A stretch of DNA of 64,000 nt from an uncultured Actinomycetes bacterium (GCA_963796875.1 CAWCNL010000002.1:1153134-1217133); one strand, 5' to 3'. Counted from the first letter of the stretch, positions 8,762-17,538 are shown. Notes: a model not told the origin generated them from the letters alone. A program made the numbers and translations.

Positions 8762-9733
8762 TTGCGGCATGACCGCAATCGATTCCGCCGAGACACCGCG
8801 CCGCTCGAGGTGCTCACGATGGGCCGTATCGGCGTGGACATCTATCCGCAGACCGCGGGGCCGCTCGAGGGTGTCGAGGCGTTCTCGCGGTTCCTCGGCG
8901 GCACGGCGACCAACGTCGCAGTGGCCGCCGCCCGGCTGGGCCGCCGCAGCGGTGTGGTGACCAGGGTCGGCGACGACCCGTTCGGCCGCTACGCGCGCAC
9001 CGCGCTCGAGGGGTTCGGGGTCTCGACCCGCCACCTGGGGATCGATCCCGATCTGCCCACGCCAGTGGTGTTCGCCGAGCTCGACCCGCCGGCTGACCCC
9101 ACCATCTGGTTCTACCGGTACCCCAAGGCGCCCGACATGACGCTCGCCACCGCCGAACTCGACCGCCCCGCGATCGAGGCGGCCGACATCTTCTGGGCCA
9201 CCGGCACCGGGCTGGCGGACGAGCCCAGCGCCACGGCCACGCGCACCGCGCTCGGCTGGCGCGACCCGGCCGCGATCACGGTGCTCGATCTGGACTGGCG
9301 GCCGGGGCTCTGGCCCGACCCCTCCGCCGCGCCCGGCCGCTACCGCGAGGCGCTGCGGCACGTCTCGGTGGTGGTGGGAAACCGCGCCGAGACGCAGGCG
9401 GCGGTGGGCACCGACGATCCCGACGCGAGCGCCGATGCACTGCTGGCGCTAGGCGTGCGGCTGGCGGTGGTGAAGCTGGGTGCCGACGGTGTGCTGGTGG
9501 CCACCTCCGAGGGCCGCGAGCGAGTTACCCCGCTGCGCGTCGACGTGGTCAACGGCCTCGGCGCCGGCGACGCGTTCGGCGGTGCGCTCTGCCACCGGCT
9601 GCTGGCAGGAGACGATCCCGCCGCCGCCGTGCGGTTTGCCAACGCCGCCGGCGCCTACGTGGTGGGCCAGCTGGCCTGCGCCGACGCCATGCCCACCGAA
9701 TCTCAGGTCACCGCAATCATGGAGCAACGATGA
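8762..9733 (+). CDS. iolC: 5-dehydro-2-deoxygluconokinase (PfkB family)
   Basis: 323-aa ORF with ..LTMGRIGVDIYPQ.. and the PfkB motif GAGDAFGGAL, followed by iolB and iolD. The start is uncertain (TTG 8762, ATG 8819, or ATG 8769 in another frame; see findings). Confidence 0.8.
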   Translation: MRHDRNRFRRDTAPLEVLTMGRIGVDIYPQTAGPLEGVEAFSRFLGGTATNVAVAAARLGRRSGVVTRVGDDPFGRYARTALEGFGVSTRHLGIDPDLPTPVVFAELDPPADPTIWFYRYPKAPDMTLATAELDRPAIEAADIFWATGTGLADEPSATATRTALGWRDPAAITVLDLDWRPGLWPDPSAAPGRYREALRHVSVVVGNRAETQAAVGTDDPDASADALLALGVRLAVVKLGADGVLVATSEGRERVTPLRVDVVNGLGAGDAFGGALCHRLLAGDDPAAAVRFANAAGAYVVGQLACADAMPTESQVTAIMEQR

Positions 9734-10608
9734 CGACCGACTCAACTGTGCTGCACATCCCCGCCGGCGCCGCCGCCGAGGGCGGTGATCCGCTGGCACT
9801 GACTCCGGAGCGCTGCGGGTGGGAGTTCTGCGGGCTGCGGGTGATCGAGCTGGAGCCCGGGCACAGCCGCGATCTGGCCACCGGCGGCGACGAGCTGGCG
9901 GTGCTGCCGCTGGAGGGCGGGCTGAGGGTCGAGGTGGAGGGCGCCACCCACGATCTGGAGGGCCGCGAATCAGTGTTCGACCGGGTTACCGACGCCGTCT
10001 ATCTGCCCCGCGACACCGAGGCCCGGCTGGTGGCCGACCGCCGCTGCCAGGTGGCGCTGCCGTCGTGTCCGGCGCGCACCCGCCGCGAAGTTGCCTACAT
10101 CGATGCCCGCGCCGTGGCCATCGAGATCCGCGGCGCCGGCCGCTCGACCCGGCAGGTGACCAACTTCCTGACGCCCGAGGTCGCGCTGCCCGATCGGCTG
10201 CTGTGCTGCGAAGTGCTGACGCCCCGCGGCAACTGGTCGAGCTATCCGCCGCACAAGCACGACACGCCCGGCGGCGTCGAGGCGGTGCTCGAGGAGATCT
10301 ACTACTTCCGCGTGGAGGGTCCAGACGGCATGGCCGCGCACCGCACCTACGACCTGGAGGAGGGGTGGGACGTCACCGTCACGATCGGCGACGGTGACGT
10401 GTTCCTGATCCCGCGCGGGTATCACGGCCCGTGCATGGCCTCGCCCAACAGCGCCCTCTGGTACCTGAACGTGCTCGCCGGCCCCGAGCCCGAGCGATCG
10501 ATGGCGATCAGCGACGATCCTGCGCACGCGTGGATCCGGCAGAGCTGGGAGGCAGAACCCCGCGACGAGCGCGTGCCCATGACCTCGGCCTACGGGAAGC
10601 ACGCATGA
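9730..10608 (+). CDS. iolB: 5-deoxy-glucuronate isomerase
   Basis: 292-aa cupin-type ORF overlapping the iolC stop by 4 nt. Sits in the conserved iolC-iolB-iolD context. Confidence 0.8.
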   Translation: MTTDSTVLHIPAGAAAEGGDPLALTPERCGWEFCGLRVIELEPGHSRDLATGGDELAVLPLEGGLRVEVEGATHDLEGRESVFDRVTDAVYLPRDTEARLVADRRCQVALPSCPARTRREVAYIDARAVAIEIRGAGRSTRQVTNFLTPEVALPDRLLCCEVLTPRGNWSSYPPHKHDTPGGVEAVLEEIYYFRVEGPDGMAAHRTYDLEEGWDVTVTIGDGDVFLIPRGYHGPCMASPNSALWYLNVLAGPEPERSMAISDDPAHAWIRQSWEAEPRDERVPMTSAYGKHA

Positions 10609-12461
10609 GCGACACCGTGCGGCTCACCACCGGACAGGCCATCGTCCGCTTTCTGGCGGCGCAGTGGACGGTGCGTGACGGCGTCGAGCGACCGCTCTTT
10701 GCCGGGGTGCTCGGAATCTTCGGGCACGGCAACGTCGCGGGCCTCGGCCAGGCGCTGATGCAGGAGCGCGACACGCTCACCTACGTGCCCGCGCGAAACG
10801 AGCAGGCGATGGTGCACATCGCCTCGGCGTACGCCAAGGCGTCCAACCGCATGCAGGCGTGGGCCTGCACGTCGTCGATCGGCCCGGGCGCCACCAACAT
10901 GGTCACCGGCGCGGCGCTTGCCACCATCAACCGGCTGCCGGTGCTGCTCTTGCCCGGCGACGTCTTTGCCAACCGCCGGCCGGGGGCGGTGCTGCAGCAG
11001 CTCGAGCAGCCCGGCTCGCTCGAGACCAGCGTGAACGATGCCTTTCGTCCGGTGTGCCGCTACTGGGATCGCATCTGGCGCCCCGACCAGCTGCCGTCGG
11101 CGCTGCTTGCGGCCACCCGGGTGCTGACCGACCAGGCCGAGACCGGAGCGGTCTGCCTTGCGCTACCGCAGGATGTGCAGGCCGAGGCGTGGGACTTCCC
11201 CGTCGAGCTGTTTGAGCAGCGCAAGTGGGTGATCGACCGGCAGCCGCCGCCGCTCGAGCGCCTCGACCGGGCCGCCGAGTTGATCCGCGACGCGCGCCGG
11301 CCGGTGATCGTGGCCGGCGGCGGAGTGATCTACAGCGAGGCCACCGATGCCCTGCGCGCGCTGGTCGATGCAACCGGAATCCCGGTGTGCGAGACCCAGG
11401 CCGGCAAGGGCGCGATGCCCTACGACCACCCTGCCGCCCTCGGCGCGGCCGGTGCCACCGGCACGTTTGCCGCAAACGTGGTGCTGCGCGACGCCGACCT
11501 CGTGATCGGCGTCGGCACCCGTTACAGCGACTTCACCACCGCCTCGCAGTCGGCCTTTGCCGCCGACGCGCGGTTCGTCAACCTGAACGCGGCCGCGGTC
11601 GACGCGCACAAGCAGTCCGCGCTGCCCGTGGTGGGCGACGCGCGCGCCGCGCTCGAGCTGCTGGCAGCCGCGCTCACCGGGCATGCGGTGGACGAGGGCT
11701 ACCGCGCGCGAAATGCCGAGCTCGTGCGCGAGTGGGACGCCGAGGTCGAGCGGCTCTACTCCCGCGGCGGCGGCCCCATCTTCGCCCAGTCGACAGTGAT
11801 CGGCGCGGTCAACGATCTGTCCCAGCCCGAAGACGTGGTGGTGTGCGCGGCCGGCAGCCTGCCCGGCGACCTGCACAAGCTGTGGCGCACGCGCGACCCC
11901 AAGGGCTACCACCTGGAGTACGGCTACTCGTGCATGGGCTACGAGCTGCCCGGCGGCATCGGCGTGCGCATGGCATCGCCCGCACGCGAGGTGTTCGTGA
12001 TGGTCGGCGACGGCAGCTGGCTGATGATGCCGGGCGAGCTCGCCACCGCCATCCAGCAGCACATCAAGCTCGTGATCGTCCTGATCGACAGCGGCGGGTA
12101 CGCGTCCATCGGCGCGCTCTCCGACTCGGTCGGCACGCAGCGGTTCGGCACGCAGCTGCTCGATGTCGACGGCCAGCCGCTGGGCATCGACCTGGCCGCG
12201 AATCTCGAGAGCTACGGCATCGACGTGCTGCGGCCGCAGACGATCCCCGAGCTGCGCGAGTCCGTGGCAACCGCGCGGGCGGCCATGCAGACCACCGCGA
12301 TCTACGTGCGCACCGATCCGCTGGTCGGCGTGCCCGGCTACGAGTCGTGGTGGGACGTACCGGTCGCCGAGGTCAGCACCGTCGAGACGGTGCAGCAGGC
12401 CCGCGCCGCCTACGAGGCCGCCTTGGCCAAGGTCCACCGCCACCTCAAGCCCCCTGAATAA
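10605..12461 (+). CDS. iolD: 3D-(3,5/4)-trihydroxycyclohexane-1,2-dione acylhydrolase (ThDP enzyme)
   Basis: From ATG 10605 (ATGA overlap with the iolB stop). MSDTVRLTTGQAIVRFL.., ThDP-binding fold, 618 aa. Confidence 0.85.
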   Translation: MSDTVRLTTGQAIVRFLAAQWTVRDGVERPLFAGVLGIFGHGNVAGLGQALMQERDTLTYVPARNEQAMVHIASAYAKASNRMQAWACTSSIGPGATNMVTGAALATINRLPVLLLPGDVFANRRPGAVLQQLEQPGSLETSVNDAFRPVCRYWDRIWRPDQLPSALLAATRVLTDQAETGAVCLALPQDVQAEAWDFPVELFEQRKWVIDRQPPPLERLDRAAELIRDARRPVIVAGGGVIYSEATDALRALVDATGIPVCETQAGKGAMPYDHPAALGAAGATGTFAANVVLRDADLVIGVGTRYSDFTTASQSAFAADARFVNLNAAAVDAHKQSALPVVGDARAALELLAAALTGHAVDEGYRARNAELVREWDAEVERLYSRGGGPIFAQSTVIGAVNDLSQPEDVVVCAAGSLPGDLHKLWRTRDPKGYHLEYGYSCMGYELPGGIGVRMASPAREVFVMVGDGSWLMMPGELATAIQQHIKLVIVLIDSGGYASIGALSDSVGTQRFGTQLLDVDGQPLGIDLAANLESYGIDVLRPQTIPELRESVATARAAMQTTAIYVRTDPLVGVPGYESWWDVPVAEVSTVETVQQARAAYEAALAKVHRHLKPPE

Positions 12462-12488
12462 AAGGGGTCAGACCCCTTTAATTCAGGG
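12452..12488. repeat. simple palindromic repeat, GGGGTC-A-GACCCC family
   Basis: CCCTGAATAAAAGGGGTC A GACCCCTTTAATTCAGGG (one mismatch). Contains the iolD TAA (12459-12461) and, on the other strand, the stop of the 12483..13475 gene (12483-12485). Confidence 0.9.
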
Positions 12489-13475
12489 CGCGATGCGGAC
12501 GGTCTCGCCGGAGAGGCGCGACTGCCGAAACGCGAGACCCGCGCGCAACGCGTGGGCGGCATCCTCGACGCGGGCGTGCGGCTCGGCGCCGCCGATCGCG
12601 TCCACGAAGCAGCGCAGCTGCCGCTTGAGCGCGTCGTGGGTCACGTCGGTGCAGTCTTCCGGCGGCTCCATGACCGGACGCAGGCCGGCGGGATCGCCCA
12701 GCAGCACCTCGCCGCGATTGGCAGCGCGCACGAAGATCGACCCGCCGTCGCCCAGGATCTCGGTGCGCACGTCGTCCCAGTACCCGGCCACCCGCGTCTG
12801 GTCGATCAGCACCACCCCGCCGTTGGCGGTTGCGGCCACGCCGCCCACCGTGGGCGTGTCGCCGAGCTCGGCGTACGGATTGGGCTTCACACCGTGAGCG
12901 GTGACCGACACCATCGGCGCGCCCAGCACCAGCCGCGCCATGTCGAAGTCGTGCACGCCGCCGTCCACCTCGATGCCGCCCGAAACCTCGGCGTTCAGAA
13001 ACGCGGGGGAGGGAGGCGTCGCATCCCACATACACGAGCGCACCAGCGACGGCCGGCCGATCGCCCCGGCGGCCACCAGCCGCAGCGCCTCGGCATACGG
13101 CCAGGCCACCCGCCGCCAGAACCCGACGGCGAGCACCCGGTTGCGATCGATGGCGTGCTGGGCGAGTGCGGGGATGGCATCGGGATCGAACCCGACCGGC
13201 TTCTCGGTCAGCACGTGCAGACCCTGGTCGAGCAGCTCGGTGGCCATCTGCACGTGCAGCGGCGTCGGGGCGGCGGTAACCACCGCGTCCACACCCACAC
13301 CGGGCAGCTGGTCGATCCGCTCGAGCGCGGCAACTCCCGGCGGCGCCAGCCGCTGCGCCACGCCAGGTGCGGGATCGACGATCGCCACCAGCTCGACCTC
13401 CGAAACCTCGAGCGCGGCGGCGATGTGCGTACGGCCCATGCGGCCCGCCCCAACCACGGCCAGTTTCACGCTCAT
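12483..13475 (-). CDS. Gfo/Idh/MocA family oxidoreductase (inositol 2-dehydrogenase-like)
   Basis: Internal ATG 13475 of ORF 12483..13757. MSVKLAVVGAGRMGRTH Rossmann N-terminus. ATGA overlap with the upstream LacI gene stop. Confidence 0.8.
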   Translation of the reverse strand: MSVKLAVVGAGRMGRTHIAAALEVSEVELVAIVDPAPGVAQRLAPPGVAALERIDQLPGVGVDAVVTAAPTPLHVQMATELLDQGLHVLTEKPVGFDPDAIPALAQHAIDRNRVLAVGFWRRVAWPYAEALRLVAAGAIGRPSLVRSCMWDATPPSPAFLNAEVSGGIEVDGGVHDFDMARLVLGAPMVSVTAHGVKPNPYAELGDTPTVGGVAATANGGVVLIDQTRVAGYWDDVRTEILGDGGSIFVRAANRGEVLLGDPAGLRPVMEPPEDCTDVTHDALKRQLRCFVDAIGGAEPHARVEDAAHALRAGLAFRQSRLSGETVRIAP

Positions 13476-14425
13476 GCCGCCGCCCTGACCGGAGCGGTCG
13501 AGCTGCGCACCACCAACCGCGGCGGGATGCGCGTGACGTCGGCCGGCATGGTGCCGGTGCGCAGCGCGCGCACGAGCATGGTCGCCGCGGCCCGGCCCAC
13601 GGCCGGCACGTCGGTGGCCACGGTGGTCAGCTGGAGCCGCACGTGGGCGCCGAGGGGAATGCCGTCGTAGCCCACCACCGAGACGTCGGTTGGTACCCGG
13701 CGGCCCTCGCGCTCGAGTTCGTCGATCACTGCGATCGCCGTCACGTCGTCGTGGCACACGATGGCGGTGGCCTCCCAGCGGTCGGCGGTCAGCTGCATGC
13801 CGAGTTCCGAGACGGCGCGCTCCAGAAGGTCGCCGCGCAGCTCCGCGCCGGCCTCGTTGACCACGGCGTGGCGGGCAAACGCGATGCGGCGGTGGCCCAG
13901 CTCGTGCAGGTGTCCGGCGATCGCCCGAATGCCGATCTCGTCGCAGGCATCGACCCGCCCGATCCCCGCGCGGCTCGCTCCGGCAGCCGCCGCCATGACC
14001 GCGGGCACGCCCGAACGCGACAGTCGCTCCTCCACCTGCGATCCGCGGGTCAGGCCGGCCACGATCACCCCGTCGGCGCGACGTTCGAGCAGCGCCTCGA
14101 TCTGCGCCTCTTCGACCTCGGCGTCTGCGTCGGTACCCACCATCACGAGGCCGAACTCGAACCGCCGCAGCTCGCGCTCCACGGCCACGGCAAGCTGGGC
14201 GTAGAAGGGGTTGACGGCATCAGGCACGATCATGCCGACCAGTCCCGTGCTGCCGCGGCGCAGCGCGCGCGCCACGCCGTCGGGCCGGTAGCCCAGCTCG
14301 TCGATGGCGGTCTCGACCCGCGCGCGCGTTGACGGCGCCACCACCGCGCTGCCGCGCACCACGTTCGAGACGGTCGACTTGGAGACGCGCGCCCGGCGGG
14401 CGACGTCGATCAGGGTTGCCGGCAT
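13472..14425 (-). CDS. LacI family transcriptional regulator (candidate inositol repressor)
   Basis: 317-aa ORF. N-terminal HTH MPATLIDVARRARVSKSTVSNVVRG plus a periplasmic-binding-protein-like sugar-binding fold. Confidence 0.85.
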   Translation of the reverse strand: MPATLIDVARRARVSKSTVSNVVRGSAVVAPSTRARVETAIDELGYRPDGVARALRRGSTGLVGMIVPDAVNPFYAQLAVAVERELRRFEFGLVMVGTDADAEVEEAQIEALLERRADGVIVAGLTRGSQVEERLSRSGVPAVMAAAAGASRAGIGRVDACDEIGIRAIAGHLHELGHRRIAFARHAVVNEAGAELRGDLLERAVSELGMQLTADRWEATAIVCHDDVTAIAVIDELEREGRRVPTDVSVVGYDGIPLGAHVRLQLTTVATDVPAVGRAAATMLVRALRTGTMPADVTRIPPRLVVRSSTAPVRAAA

Positions 14426-15531
14426 CCCGCAGCCTCTTGGAACGCCTGCACCAGCAGGTCGACGTCGGCGGCGGCGTCACGCGCCGTCACCCGCACCCGG
14501 CCGCCGCCGGTGATGGCAGTGTGGAAGTCGCGCAGCTCGCTGCGAAACGCCTCCTCGTAGCTGACCCGGATCGTGCGCTCATCGAGGCCGATCTTGCCGT
14601 CGGCCGTGCGCACCGTGAAGCTGGTCACGAAGTGCCGCAGGTACGGCGACGGGAACAGCAGCTCGATGATGCGGTCGGTGCAGTAGACGGTCATCCGCTC
14701 GCGGTAGTCGGGCACGCCGGCGTTCTTCAGGTGTGCCATCCGCGCGCGGCCGCCCCCCGGCAGCGCGACCGACATCTCGACCGCGCGGCCCTCGTCCCAG
14801 TAGGCGGCCGACACCAGCTGCAGCGGCAGTTCGGCGCCGTAGTGCGCAGCAATGCCGTGCACCAGGCTCAGGTTGTGCACCAGGCAGCCTAGATAGCCGT
14901 CGTGGGCGGTCATCTCGGCGTCGGTCGGCTCGCGGCCGGCCACCCCCGCCGCCATCGCCCGGGTCTGCGCGCGCAGCGCGACCCCCACCAGAGGATCGAT
15001 GTCGCCGCCGTGCGACCACGGCATGTGGCTCACGAACGGCAGGAAGTCGGGGTCGGTGATCTCGATCGAAACGGTGCGGATGTCGGCCGGGTCGTCCGGC
15101 AGCGTCTCGAGCAGCCGCTCGAAGCTGGGGTCGTAGCGCTTCATCGTGCCCACCTGCACCACGAGGCCGGCGGCCTCGGCGCGGTCGGCCACCGCGGCAC
15201 AGTCCTCGGCGGTCAGCGCCAGCGGCTTCTCGCAGAACACGTGCATGCCGGCGTCGAGCGCCGCCAGCGCGATCTCGGCGTGCACCGCGTCGGGCGCGGC
15301 GATCACCACGGCGTCGAGGCCGAGGCCCACGAGTCCCTCGATACCGTCGTGCAGCTCGGTCGCGCCGTAGCGCGCACCCACACCCTCGCGGGCCTTCGCC
15401 GAGGGGTCGGCCACGGCCACCAGTTCGAACCGCTCGCGCTCCTCCCACAGATAGAACGCGTGCTCGGCCTGGGCGATCAGGCCCACTCCAACCAACCCCA
15501 CTCGCAGTCTGCGCATACCGTCTGACGTCAT
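14410..15531 (-). CDS. Gfo/Idh/MocA family oxidoreductase
   Basis: Conserved part of ORF 14410..16233, from ATG 15531 (alternative start 15516). ..RVGLVGVGLIAQAEH.. and EKPLALT motifs. Confidence 0.8.
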   Translation of the reverse strand: MTSDGMRRLRVGLVGVGLIAQAEHAFYLWEERERFELVAVADPSAKAREGVGARYGATELHDGIEGLVGLGLDAVVIAAPDAVHAEIALAALDAGMHVFCEKPLALTAEDCAAVADRAEAAGLVVQVGTMKRYDPSFERLLETLPDDPADIRTVSIEITDPDFLPFVSHMPWSHGGDIDPLVGVALRAQTRAMAAGVAGREPTDAEMTAHDGYLGCLVHNLSLVHGIAAHYGAELPLQLVSAAYWDEGRAVEMSVALPGGGRARMAHLKNAGVPDYRERMTVYCTDRIIELLFPSPYLRHFVTSFTVRTADGKIGLDERTIRVSYEEAFRSELRDFHTAITGGGRVRVTARDAAADVDLLVQAFQEAAGCRQP

Positions 15532-15544
15532 CGACCCTCGCTCG

Positions 15545-15558
15545 TTGGAACGCTCCAA
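15545..15558. promoter_or_regulatory. candidate LacI-family operator
   Basis: TTGGAACGCTCCAA: a 14-nt palindrome (6 of 7 pairs) with the central CG typical of LacI/GalR operators. Lies in the 48-nt gap between divergent iol genes. Confidence 0.4.
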
Positions 15559-15579
15559 ACTGCGATAGCATACCGCGCC

Positions 15580-16497
15580 ATGCCCATTCGAATTGCATCC
15601 GCACCCTGCTCCTACGGCGTCTTTGAGATCACCGTCGACCAACCCGGCCTGCCCGAGGGCGAAGAGCTCGCCCGCGTGATGGCCGAATCCGGCTACGCCG
15701 GCACCGAGCTGGGGCCTCCCGGCTACTTTGGCACCGGCCCCGCGGTGGGCCGCATGCTCGCCTCGCACGGCCTCGAGCTGATGGGGTCGTTTCTGCCGCT
15801 GAGCTTCTCGCGGGCCGAGCAGTTCGGCACCGACTACGAGGCCATGGACCGCGCGCTCGACACGCTCGAGACCGCCGGTGGCGACGAGTTGCCGGTGGTG
15901 CTGCTGTCCGACGCGTTCGTCGAGCCCGACCGCATCAGGTACGCCGGCGACATCGAGAACCACCCCGAGACCTGGCTCGACGAGGCGCGGTTCGCGCTGC
16001 TGATCGAGAACCTCGAGAAGGCAGCCGGCCGCTGCCGCGAGCGGGGGTTCACCGCGTCGCTGCACTACCACGCCGGCACCTACGTCGAGACTCCGCGCGA
16101 GATCGATGCGGTGGTGGCGGCCATCGACACCTCCACGGTCGGGCTGTGCTTCGACACCGGTCACAGCGCGTTTGGCGGCGGCGATCCGCTGGAGCTGCTC
16201 GAGCGCCACGGCGAAGCGGTCAACCACGTGCACATGAAGGACGTCGACCTCGAGGGCCTGCGCCGGCTTCGCGAGGACGGCGGCGACCTGATCGCCGCAT
16301 GGAAGGCGGGCATCTTCTGCGCGCTCGGTACCGGCGATGCGCGGGTGTCGGAGTGCCTGGATCAGCTGCGTGCGCGCGGCTATGACGGGTGGCTGGTGGT
16401 GGAGCAGGATCGCGTGCTGGGCCCTGACGAGCCGTTCGATGTGGCCGTCAGCGACGGCGTCAAGAACCGCGAGTTTCTGCGAGAGCGCGGCCTGTGA
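15580..16497 (+). CDS. sugar phosphate isomerase/epimerase (xylose-isomerase-like TIM barrel; IolE-like inosose dehydratase candidate)
   Basis: 305-aa ORF in the iol cluster, with ..HYHAGTYVETP.. and ..CFDTGH.. metal-site-like segments. Confidence 0.65.
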   Translation: MPIRIASAPCSYGVFEITVDQPGLPEGEELARVMAESGYAGTELGPPGYFGTGPAVGRMLASHGLELMGSFLPLSFSRAEQFGTDYEAMDRALDTLETAGGDELPVVLLSDAFVEPDRIRYAGDIENHPETWLDEARFALLIENLEKAAGRCRERGFTASLHYHAGTYVETPREIDAVVAAIDTSTVGLCFDTGHSAFGGGDPLELLERHGEAVNHVHMKDVDLEGLRRLREDGGDLIAAWKAGIFCALGTGDARVSECLDQLRARGYDGWLVVEQDRVLGPDEPFDVAVSDGVKNREFLRERGL

Positions 16498-17444
16498 GTG
16501 ACCGCGCGGCCGAGCTCGGCCGGCGCCGCAGACTGCATCGCATCACCCGCGACGGCGTTTTCGCACTGGTTGCGATCGATCACCGAGATTCGCTTCAGGT
16601 GGCGTTCGAGGGCGCGGGGCTCGAGCCGCTCAGCGGTGCCGAGATCGCCGAGTTCAAGGGCCGGGTGATCGATGCGCTGACTCCCGCCGCCACCGGCGTG
16701 CTGATCGACGCCGAGCACGGCGCCCAGGCACTGGCCGGCGGGTCTGCCGCGGCGCTTTCCGTGGTGATGCCGCTCGAGGCGCAGGGCTACGGCGACGCTG
16801 CGCAGGGCCGCACGTCATCGTTTCTACCCAACTGGGGGCCCGACCGCGCAGTCCGCGCGGGGGCCGATGCCTGCAAGCTCCTGCTGCCGTTCCGGGCCGA
16901 TCACGACGCGTCCGCGGAGGCACAGCTGGAAGTGGTGCGCCAGGCCGTGGCGGGTTGCCGCGCGGCCGGCCTTCCGTTGATTCTCGAGCCGATCGTCTAT
17001 CCGCTTCCCGGCGAGGACGCGGCCGTGTATGCGGCAGCGTTCCCCGAGCATGTGGTGCGCGGCGCCGAGCGCCTGCAGGCCCTCGAGCCGGACGTGCTCA
17101 AGGTGCAGTTTCCCGTCACCGAAGGCGACGCTGCCGAGTGGTGCCGGCGCATCGACGCGGCCTGTGGGCCGGTGCCGTGGGTGCTTCTGGGCGGCGGCGC
17201 GGCGGTCGACGTGTTTCGCGAACAGGTCGAGGTGGCCTGCGCGGCAGGGGCATCCGGCTACATCGTCGGGCGCACCGCCTGGAAGGGCGCGGTCACGGCC
17301 GATACCGCCGCCCGCGACCGGTGGCTGGTGGAGGTGGGCCGGCCGCAGCTGGCCGCGATCCGCGACCGCGCGCTGCAGATCGCCCGGCCGTGGACCGACC
17401 GCGTGGCGCCGCTGCCCGAGTACGCGAGCAGCTGGCTGGAGTGA
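16494..17444 (+). CDS. class I aldolase-like (beta/alpha)8 protein (LacD/IolJ-like; candidate 5-dehydro-2-deoxyphosphogluconate aldolase)
   Basis: 316-aa ORF with a GTG start overlapping the upstream stop. Sits in the iol context. The family assignment rests on overall resemblance only. Confidence 0.55.
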   Translation: MSDRAAELGRRRRLHRITRDGVFALVAIDHRDSLQVAFEGAGLEPLSGAEIAEFKGRVIDALTPAATGVLIDAEHGAQALAGGSAAALSVVMPLEAQGYGDAAQGRTSSFLPNWGPDRAVRAGADACKLLLPFRADHDASAEAQLEVVRQAVAGCRAAGLPLILEPIVYPLPGEDAAVYAAAFPEHVVRGAERLQALEPDVLKVQFPVTEGDAAEWCRRIDAACGPVPWVLLGGGAAVDVFREQVEVACAAGASGYIVGRTAWKGAVTADTAARDRWLVEVGRPQLAAIRDRALQIARPWTDRVAPLPEYASSWLE

Positions 17445-17538
17445 ATAAGAGGGGTCAGTCGCCATTTATTCACACCGCTTCGGTCGGGCACTTCACGCCG
17501 ACCACGTGAATAAATGGCGACTGACCCCTCTTATGCAC
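17441..17538. repeat. composite palindromic element (98 bp; 33-nt arms, 32-nt spacer), GTGAATAA subtype
   Basis: Left arm GTGAATAAGAGGGGTCAGTCGCCATTTATTCAC; right arm GTGAATAAATGGCGACTGACCCCTCTTATGCAC (one mismatch). Contains the stops of both convergent genes (TGA 17442-17444; TAA on minus at 17531-17533). Confidence 0.9.

Noticed and set aside
17441-17538. Composite palindromes as integron attC sites (imperfect palindromes at the 3' ends of genes).
   Set aside because: The termini are GTGAATAA/TTATTCAC, not the RYYYAAC/GTTRRRY core sites. No integrase is nearby. The flanking genes are ordinary operon members in mixed orientations, not promoterless cassettes.
17441-17538. Composite palindromes as classical MITEs.
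   Set aside because: I could find no target-site duplications flanking any of the six copies, and no transposase in the window. I therefore keep the neutral label of palindromic repeat. Mobility remains possible but unproven.
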